Origin: an uncultured Actinomycetota bacterium
GTDB lineage: Bacteria > Actinomycetota > Thermoleophilia > Solirubrobacterales > Solirubrobacteraceae
Reading direction: 5' to 3'
Length of the DNA: 64,000 bases
Assembly: GCA_963830945.1 (NCBI GenBank)
Contig: CAWHOH010000021.1
Span: 82,606 to 146,605, forward strand
Shown here: positions 55,857 through 64,000 of the stretch, piece after piece
Numbering within the stretch: the first letter of the stretch is position 1
Layout: each line of letters starts with the position of its first letter
Position numbers and translations under genes: made by a program
Notes under the pieces: generated by a model
What the model saw: only the letters and a program-made list of their open reading frames with translations
Database searches by the model: none
Told to the model about the DNA's origin: nothing

Positions 55857-56916
55857 TCAGGCCGGGCGGATCTCCCCCGACCCTCGGGCGACCAGCCGCG
55901 TGGGGATGATCACCGGCTGCGGCGGCCCGCCGTCCCCGTCCATCCGCTCGAACAACCGCTGGCACGCCGCGGCGCCGATGGCCGACGGGTCCTGGGCGAC
56001 GATCGTCACCGGAGGCTCGAGCAGGTCCGACAGCGCGAAGTCGTCAAAGCCCACCATGGCGATCGTGTGGCGCAGGCCGAGGTTGCGCAGGCCCCGGACA
56101 GCGCCGATCGTGATGAGGTTCTGGGCGGTGAACAGCGCGGTGGGCCGCGGGCCGTCGAGCAGGTCGCCGACCACGGCCTCGGCGGCGTCGGGCCCGCGGA
56201 GCCCGAACACCACCAGCTCGCGCTCCAGGGCGATGCCGGCGTCGGTGAGTGCGTGGCGGTAGCCGGCAAAACGGTCGGTCGCCGTCGGGATCTCCTCGAG
56301 GTCTCCCAGGAACGCGATCCGCGTGTGCCCGTGGGCCAGCAGGTGCGCGACCGCGTCGCGGGCGCCGCTGCACGTTGTCGGACAGGACGGTGTCGGCGCG
56401 CAGCAGCCGCGGCGGGCGGTCGACGAAGACGAGGTTGAGGCCCGCTCGCTGCTCGTTGACCAGGTAGCTCTGGTCGTCGCCGGTGGGCATGATGATCAGG
56501 CCGTCGACGCGACGCGAGATGAGGGCCGAGGTCAGCGCCCGCTCGCGGCCGGGGTCCTCGTCGACGCTGCCGGCGAACACCGCGATGCCCCGGGCCCGGG
56601 CGACGTCCTCGACGGCGCGGTGCAGCGCCGAGGAGAAGGGGTTGGCGACGTCCTCCAGGACCACGCCGATCGTCAGCGTGCGGCCGTCGCTGGAGCGCAG
56701 GCTGCGCGCCGTCAGGTTGGGCCGGTAGTCGAGCGCCGTCGCCGCGCGGTTGACGCGGGCCACCAGTTCGGCGGCGACAGAGGGCTCCGCGTTGATCACC
56801 CGCGACACCGTCTTGAGGCTCACGCCGGCCAGCGCGGCGACCTCGCGCATGGTCGGACGAGCGCGCGGGGCGGGCGGCTCGGGAGGCGGCAGGGCAGTGT
56901 CAGAAAGGTCCGACAA
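55857..56916 (-). CDS. LacI-family regulator, one frameshift near 56370 (start 56916 TTG or 56850 ATG)
   Basis: TMREVAALAGVSLKTVSRVIN, YRPN..ARSL, VFVDR, VGFDD, PTRLVARGS. Confidence 0.9.
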
Positions 56917-57025
56917 CGTTTTCCTCTCCGGTCCGACGGCGGCATGTCGGCGGGGAGCATACCCCACATCAGCAAGCCTTGACAACGTTGTCTCAACGAG
57001 CTACGGTGCACGGGATAACGTTGTC
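56912..57025. promoter_or_regulatory. Three LacI-type operators and the promoter of the sugar ABC operon
   Basis: GACAACGTTTTC (56912), GACAACGTTGTC (56981), GATAACGTTGTC (57014); TTGACA (56979) N17 TACGGT (57002). Confidence 0.85.
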
Positions 57026-57089
57026 TCTCGGAGCACGGTCGCGACGGGAAGAGCACTTCGACCGCAGTACCCAGAGGAGGAGTTACTCG

Positions 57090-58232
57090 ATGTCTCAGCG
57101 TCAGCGCTCAGAAGCGAGCCAACGCACCATCACGGCCCGTCGGCGGCGCATCGGCGCGGCCGCGTGCACCGTCGCCGTCGCCGTCGCTGTGGCCGCATGC
57201 GGGTCCAGCAGCTCGGGATCGGGCGGCTCCGGCGGCAGCTCCGGAGGCTCGACCAAGGCGGGCGCGGTCAAGGTCGCGCTCATCCTCAAGACGTTCTCCA
57301 ACCCCTACTTCGTCTCGATGGAGAAGAACGCCAAGAGCGACGCCGCCAAGAAGGGCGTCAACCTCACCGTGTCCGCCGGGACCACCGACGGTGACACGAG
57401 CACGCAGATCACCGCCATCGACAACGCCATCGCCGCCGGCGACAAGGGCATCATCATCACCCCCAACGGCAATGCGGTGAACTCGGCGCTGGGCAAGGCC
57501 CGCACCGCCGGGCTCTACACCATCGCCCTCGACACCGCGCCCACGCCGCCGAGCGCCGTCAACCTGACCTACGCCACCGACAACACCGCTGCGGGCAAGC
57601 TCGACGGTCAATGGGCGGCGGCCAAGCTGGCGGGCAAGCCGGCTGACATCGCGCTGCTCGACCTCTTCAACAACGAGGTCGTGTCCGTCGACGTCGACCG
57701 TGACCACGGCTTCCTGGAGGGGATGGGCATCCCGGTCGGCGATCCCAACATCAACGGCAAGGAGGCCAAGAGCGGGCACTACACCGGCGGCCAGGGTGGC
57801 TCCTACAAGATCGCCTGCCAGCTGCCAACCCAGGGCGCCATCCCGACGGGCAAGTCGGCGATGCAGACCTGCCTGCAGAAGGACCCCAACATCAACCTGG
57901 TCTACGCCATCAACGAGCCCGCGGCCCAGGGTGCGGCCGAGGCCATCAAGGGCCTCGGAAGCAAGGCGATCGTCGTCGCCATCGACGGCGGCTGTTCGAA
58001 CCTCCCGTTCCTGTCAAACGGCTCGATCGCCGCGACGGCCGGCCAGTTCCCCGGCAAGATGGCGTCCGATGGCGTCGATGCCATCTACAAGCTGGCCACC
58101 AAGCACCAGAAGCCCGCGGCGTCGCCCGGACTGGGCTTCTTCAACACCGGCACCAAGCTCTACACCAACGACCCGATGAAGGGCGTCGCGAGCATAACGT
58201 CGACCCAGGCCAAGTCCATCTGCTGGGGCTAA
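57090..58232 (+). CDS. Sugar ABC substrate-binding lipoprotein (FrcB-like)
   Basis: Lipobox VAAC; LILKT..NPYF; IALDT; ATDN; RDHGFL; YAINEP; IDGGC; F.NTG. Confidence 0.9.
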   Translation: MSQRQRSEASQRTITARRRRIGAAACTVAVAVAVAACGSSSSGSGGSGGSSGGSTKAGAVKVALILKTFSNPYFVSMEKNAKSDAAKKGVNLTVSAGTTDGDTSTQITAIDNAIAAGDKGIIITPNGNAVNSALGKARTAGLYTIALDTAPTPPSAVNLTYATDNTAAGKLDGQWAAAKLAGKPADIALLDLFNNEVVSVDVDRDHGFLEGMGIPVGDPNINGKEAKSGHYTGGQGGSYKIACQLPTQGAIPTGKSAMQTCLQKDPNINLVYAINEPAAQGAAEAIKGLGSKAIVVAIDGGCSNLPFLSNGSIAATAGQFPGKMASDGVDAIYKLATKHQKPAASPGLGFFNTGTKLYTNDPMKGVASITSTQAKSICWG

Positions 58233-58261
58233 GGCCCGCCTGCGAGTCACCGACTCGTTGA

Positions 58262-58310
58262 CATCGCGACGGCCGCCGTCACGCCTGTGAGCGTGACGGC
58301 GGCGGCGATG
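58262..58310 (+). other. Stem-loop downstream of the binding-protein gene (probable mRNA stabiliser)
   Basis: GCCGCCGTCACGC-CTGTGA-GCGTGACGGCGGC, extended by CATCGC/GCGATG. Confidence 0.6.
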
Positions 58311-58350
58311 CCTCCCAAACGTCACCGAACCTCGACGACAAGGATCCACC

Positions 58351-59378
58351 GTGGCTGACACCGCTGCAGTCTCGGCCGAGCCTGATTTCGAAAGTCTCGC
58401 GCCGAAGCTGACACCGCTCATCCGTGTCCAACGACAACTCCACGCTCATCCGGCCCTCGGGCCGCTGATCGTGCTGATCGCGTCGGCGATCGTCTTCTCA
58501 TTCATCAACACGCGCTTCTACGCCTCGGCGAACATCTCGCTGATGCTCCAGCAGGTGGCGGTCATCGCCGCCCTCGGCGTCGCGCAGACCCTGATCATCC
58601 TCACCGCCGGAATCGACCTCTCCGTCGGAGCGGCGATGATCCTGGCGCAGCTGTTCATGGCCCAGGTGGCCGCCAACAACCACGTCTTCGGCGTGCTGGC
58701 GCTCGTCATCGGGCTCGTCATCGGGCTGGGGACCGGCGTGCTCAACGGCACCCTCGTCACCCGATTCCGCCTCCCGCCGTTCATCGCGACGCTGGGAACC
58801 CTCAGCATCTTCACGTCGATCGGACTGCTGTACTCCAAGGGCCAGACCACGCAGGCCTCCCAGATGCCCGCCATCCTCAACTGGACGGGCAACGCGGTGA
58901 AGATCGGGCCGTTCAACCTGATCAACGGGGTGCTGCTCATGATCGCCCTGTACATCGTCGTCAACTACATGCTGGGCCAGACCACCTGGGGGCGCCACGT
59001 GTTCGCCGTGGGCGATGACGCCGACGCCGCGCGCCTGGCCGGGATCCGGACCGACCGCGTGCTGTTCAGCGTCTACGCGGTGGCCGGGATCATCGTCGCG
59101 GTCGCCGCCTGGATCTCGCTCGGCTATACCGGAGCGGCCAGTCCCAACAACGCCGTCAACGCCAACCTGGAGAGCATCACCGCCGTGGTGATCGGAGGCA
59201 CCAGCCTGTTCGGTGGACGCGGCGGGGTCATCGGCACCCTGTTCGGGGCGCTGATCGTGGTCGTGTTCACCTCGGGCCTCACGCTGGCCAATGTCAACGA
59301 CCTCTACCAACCGATCGCCGAGGGCCTCCTCGTGATCGCCGCCGTCGCCGTCGACCAGTGGATCCGGAGGGTGAAGGT

Positions 59379-59382
<4 letters not shown>
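58351..59382 (+). CDS. Sugar ABC permease (FrcC/RbsC-like)
   Basis: IILTAGIDLSVG, LPPFIATLG, AVGD..AARLAGI, ITAVVIGGTSLFGG. Confidence 0.93.
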
Positions 59383-60247
<865 letters not shown>

Positions 60248-60251
<4 letters not shown>

Positions 60252-61219
60252 TCACCGTCGCGGGGGAGGCGCTGATCGACATCGTCGTCGGCGCCTCCGG
60301 GTCGATGCGGGCGGTGCCCGGTGGCGGCCCGTTCAACGTGGCCCGGACGATCGCGCGGCTGGGGGGAGAGTGCCGGTTCCTCGGCACTCTCTCCGAGGAC
60401 CCGTTCGGGCAGCGGCTGCGGGCGGCGCTGGGGCGCGACGGTGTGGGGGTGGTCGTGGAGGAGCCCACGGCCGCGCCCACCGCCATCGCCATCGCCCAGG
60501 TCGACGAGCTGGGGGTCGCCGACTACCGGTTCTACATCGAGGGCACCGCGGCCGCGCACCTGGAGGCCGCCGATGTTCCGGCGGATCTCCTGAAGGGGTC
60601 CAGCGCGCTCGCCGTCGGCGGGCTCGGCCTCGTGGTCGAGCCGATTGCCACGACGCTGAGAGCGCTCGTCGCCGCCAAGCCGCCGTCGCTGCTGACGCTG
60701 CTCGATCCCAACTGCCGCCCGCGCGCCGTCCGCGATCCAATCGCCTACCGCATGCGCATCGACGGCTTTGCCAAGGCCGTGGACGTCGTCAAGGTGTCCA
60801 GCGAGGATCTGGCCATGCTGCGCCCGGGGGAGGATCTCAGGGCGGCGGCGCGCGGACTGCTCAGGCTCGGCCCCAGGGCGGTGCTCGTCACCGACGGTCC
60901 GTCGCCGGTGCAGATCGTCACCGCCCGCGGCGAGCGCTCGGTGCCCGTGCCGCCGGTGCAGATCCTCGACACGGTCGGCGCAGGCGACGCGTTCGTGGCC
61001 GCCTGCCTGGTGGGATGGGGCGAGGCCGGGCTGCGCCGGGAGGACCTTGGTGACCCCGACGCCCTGGCCGAGGTGGCCGGCGAGGCGGTGCGGGTGGCCG
61101 CGGCGGCCTGCACGGTCTCCGGGGCCAACCTCCCTGCGGGGTTTCGCCGCGACCGCGACCGCGACCGGGACCGCCCAGCAGTCAGGCCGCGAACAACTGC
61201 TCCAGCGTCTGGCGCATGA
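60248..61219 (+). CDS. PfkB-family carbohydrate kinase (fructokinase-like)
   Basis: GEALID, GGGPFNVA, LDPNCR, KVSSED, DTVGAGDAF. Confidence 0.92.
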
Positions 61220-62033
61220 CCCCGGCGTCGGCCTCGATCCCGGTCCAGTGCCGGATGCCGATGACGCCCTGGTTGACGAGCATGCCCAGTCCGTCGAGCA
61301 CGGTGGCGCCGCGCTGCTCGGCGTCGCGCAGCAACCCGGTCTGCGGCGGATTGGGGATCACGTCGGCGACGACCATGCCCGGCCCGATGCTGTCCACCTC
61401 GATGTCGAGCCGCGCATCGACGTCGGGGAAGAGGCCGATCGAGGTGGCGTTGACGACGATCTGCGCGGTGTCCGGGAGCGCGAAGCGGTGATCGGACACC
61501 ACCAGCTCAGCGCGGGCCGGGGTGCGCTCGGCGATCAGCGAGACGAGCTCCGCGCCGCGTCCCGCGTCGCGGTTGACCACGGTGATGTGAGCCGTGCCCG
61601 CCAGCGCCGACTCCACGGCGATCGCCCGGGCGGCGCCCCCGGCGCCGAACAGCACCATCGACGCCCCGGCCGGATCCACGACCGTGCGCAGCGAGCCAAC
61701 GAAACCCTGCCCGTCGGTGTTGGCGCCCACCCAGCGTTCGTCTCGCCGCATCACGCAGTTGACGGCGCCGATGAGCTGCGCGGACTCGTGCAGCCCGTCG
61801 AGGTGGGGGATGACGGTCACCTTGTGGGGCAGCGAGCAGTTGAAGCCCGCCCACCCCATCGCCATGGCTCCGCGCACGGCGTCGGCCAACCGCGCGGGCG
61901 CGACGTCGCAGTTGATGTAGCGCGCGTCGAGCCCGTGGTGGCGGTAGGCGGCCTCCACCATCGCCACCGTCGGGTTCTCGGCGGCCGGGGTGGCGAATGC
62001 CCCGGTCAGGACGCTCAGGAAGTCCGGCGCCAT
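61182..62033 (-). CDS. aroE: Shikimate/quinate dehydrogenase family protein
   Basis: GFNCSLPHK, GAVN, NTDG.GF, GAGGAARA, NATSIG, DGLGMLVNQ. Confidence 0.9.
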   Translation of the reverse strand: MAPDFLSVLTGAFATPAAENPTVAMVEAAYRHHGLDARYINCDVAPARLADAVRGAMAMGWAGFNCSLPHKVTVIPHLDGLHESAQLIGAVNCVMRRDERWVGANTDGQGFVGSLRTVVDPAGASMVLFGAGGAARAIAVESALAGTAHITVVNRDAGRGAELVSLIAERTPARAELVVSDHRFALPDTAQIVVNATSIGLFPDVDARLDIEVDSIGPGMVVADVIPNPPQTGLLRDAEQRGATVLDGLGMLVNQGVIGIRHWTGIEADAGVMRQTLEQLFAA

Positions 62034-62057
62034 CCGCGCCACGATATCGCACCGTGG

Positions 62058-62081
62058 TCGTGGCACGATATCGTGCCACGA
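62058..62081. promoter_or_regulatory. Perfect 24-bp palindrome between divergent aroE and GMC genes
   Basis: TCGTGGCACGATATCGTGCCACGA; CACGATAT occurs at 62040, 62064 and 62077. Confidence 0.6.
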
Positions 62082-62106
62082 TATTTGATCGCGCCGCAGT
62101 GACCGC

Positions 62107-63614
62107 GTGCGCACCCTGAGCGCCGACATCGTCGTCATCGGGTCGGGCATGGGCGGCGCGACCACCGCCGCTGGCCCTGGCCCGGCGCGGCGCCGACGTA
62201 CTCATCCTGGAGCGCGGTGAGCGCCTCCCGCGCGAGCCGGCCAACTGGTCTGCGCGGGCGGTGTTCACCGAGCAGCGCTACCGGCCGGCCGAGCGCTGGC
62301 TCGACGGGGCGGGCACGCCGTTCTCCCCGGGCGTGCACTACGTGGTCGGAGGCAACACCAAGGTCTACGGCGCCAGCCTGCCGCGGCTGCGCGAGCAGGA
62401 CTTCGCCGCGCTCGAGCACCGCGAGGGTACCTCGCCGGCGTGGCCGTTTGACTACGCCGCGCTCGAGCCCTACTACGGCCAGGCCGAGGCCATGTACCGC
62501 GTGCATGGCACCCCCGGCGCGGACCCCACCGGGCCCTGGCGTTCGACGCCGTTCCCGTATCCGGCGCTCGCCCACGAGCCCTACATCGCCGACCTCGCGC
62601 GCCGCCTCGCCGCTCAGGGGGTCACGCCCTGCGCCAACGCGATGGGCGTGGACCTGCGCCCGGGCGGCAACTGCGTGCGCTGCGCCACCTGCGACGGCTT
62701 CCCCTGCCCGCTCGGGGCCAAGAGCGACGCCGAGACGTGCGCCGTCGAGCCCGCGCTGCGCACCGGCAACGCCCGCCTGGAGACGGACATCCGGGTGCGC
62801 CGGATCGCCACCGATGCGATCGGGCGCTGCGTCACCCATCTCCTGGCCGACGGGCCCGACGGACCGGTCCAGATCACCGGCGGGCGGTTCGTGCTGGGCG
62901 CGGGCGCGGTGAACTCGGCGGCGCTGCTGCTGGCCTCCGCCGACGACAAGCATCCCCGCGGGCTGGCCAACGGCTCAGACCAGGTGGGCCGCAACTTCAT
63001 GATGCACAACAACGCCCACATCGTCGCCGTCGACGTCGACCGTCGCAACGACGTCACCTTCCAGAAGACGCTGTCGATCAACGACTGGTACCTCGACGGC
63101 GGCGACGGCTACCCGCTGGGGGCGATGCAGCTCATCGGCAAGGTGCAGGGGGCGATGATGGCGCTCCAGGCGCCGCGAATCCCCCGTGCCCTGCTCGATC
63201 AGGTCGCCGCGCGCAGCGTCGCGTGGCTGGTCATGGCCGAGGACCTCCCGCATCCGGCCAATCGCGTGATCGTCGACAGCGCCGGGCGGATCACGACGGT
63301 CCGCAGCGCGCGCGGGGCCGGCACCCACCGCGCCCTGCACAGGCGCGCCAAGCAGCTCCTGCGCGCGCGCCGGCTACGACGCCGTCCTCACCCAGTGGTT
63401 CGACATCTCCATGAACAGCCACCAATGCGGGACCGTGCGCGCGGGATCTGATCCGGCCACCAGCGTGCTGGACCCGTGGTGCAAGGCGCACGAGCTGGAG
63501 AACCTGTGGGTGATCGACGGCGGCTTCTTCCCCTCCTCGGGGGCCATGAACCCGGCGCTGACGATCGCCGCGCAGGCGCTGCGGGTCGTTGACCAGTCCG
63601 ACCTGGCCGCCTGA
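62107..63614 (+). CDS. GMC-family FAD oxidoreductase, frameshifted near 62170 and 63370
   Basis: IVVIGSGMGG, VGGNTKVYGA, CVRCATCDGFPC, VGRNFM.H, HQCGT, NPALTI. Confidence 0.9.
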
Positions 63615-63617
63615 CGC

Positions 63618-63923
63618 TCAGCCCTCGACGCCGGTGTGGCTGTGCAGGATCACGGCCAGCTCGTCGGCCGCCGCTGCGGCGTCACGGGCGTCGCGCTCGC
63701 GGGCGGCGGCCTCCTCGCGCTCGGAGGCGTAGGTGAGCTCGCGCTCCTCGAGCTCCAGCAACGGCCGGAACCTCCGGTGAAACAGCACCACGGAGTCGCG
63801 GCGAGGGCCGCGGTGCAGGGAGAGTCGACGCGGCGCCGGTGCCTCGCGAACCAGCGACACCTCGGTGCGGCCGGCATCCCAGACATCGCGCCGGACCTCG
63901 TAGCGCAACAGCTGCGTATCCAC
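63618..63923 (-). CDS. Hypothetical protein
   Basis: 101-aa ORF, convergent with the GMC gene, coding-like composition, charged helical C-terminus. Confidence 0.55.
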   Translation of the reverse strand: MDTQLLRYEVRRDVWDAGRTEVSLVREAPAPRRLSLHRGPRRDSVVLFHRRFRPLLELEERELTYASEREEAAARERDARDAAAAADELAVILHSHTGVEG

Positions 63924-63964
63924 GGCTCAGATCATCTCAGCCCCGTTGGCGCGATGTGCGAGGT

Positions 63965-63982
63965 ATGGGGTCTAGACCCCAT
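63965..63982. promoter_or_regulatory. Perfect 18-bp palindrome (GntR/DasR-like core or REP-like)
   Basis: ATGGGGTCTAGACCCCAT. Confidence 0.45.
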
Positions 63983-64000
63983 TGGACGGCGCGGACTCCC

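Noticed and set aside
61147-61173. CGCGAC hexamer repeat (RDRDRDRDR) at the end of the PfkB gene
   Set aside because: A short slippage repeat in a non-conserved tail next to the aroE overlap; no evidence of function

Overview
Very GC-rich actinobacterial chromosomal DNA. The repeat type in the giant secreted protein suggests Solirubrobacterales/Thermoleophilia (inference). In order, the window holds: (1) the 3' part of a group-5 soluble di-iron (propane-type) monooxygenase operon, prmA'BCD-amidohydrolase-DUF59-alcohol dehydrogenase-groEL; (2) trpB2 and an acyl-CoA cluster with an isobutyryl-CoA-mutase-type large subunit; (3) a ~7.6 kb gene for a secreted sedolisin-like (S53) protease carrying ~19 Ig-like repeats; (4) PspC/LiaF-HK-LuxR and two OmpR two-component modules, plus a MacAB-like ABC system; (5) a liv-type ABC transporter split by a TetR gene; (6) a LacI-controlled fructose/ketose ABC and catabolic cluster (fba II, CbbY-like HAD, dhaLK, PfkB); (7) aroE and a GMC oxidoreductase. 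I saw no rRNA, tRNA, CRISPR array, transposase or integrase. The most unusual non-coding signal is the 520-bp intergenic locus at 37.24-37.76 kb: an 82-bp inverted-repeat element, a 16-bp x6 tandem array and a 261-nt rod-like structured element with two identical CGGTGAGAGGC internal loops. That element resembles the guide-RNA-encoding end of an IS110-family element with no recombinase gene. Other signals are a 23-bp AT-rich imperfect palindrome found twice between convergent genes and several gene relics (groEL, MetE-like, phosphotransferase). Many single-base frameshifts cluster at ~19.8-25.3, ~48.2-56.4 and ~62.1-63.4 kb and are probably long-read consensus errors. All family assignments come from motif recognition by eye; no database searches were run.
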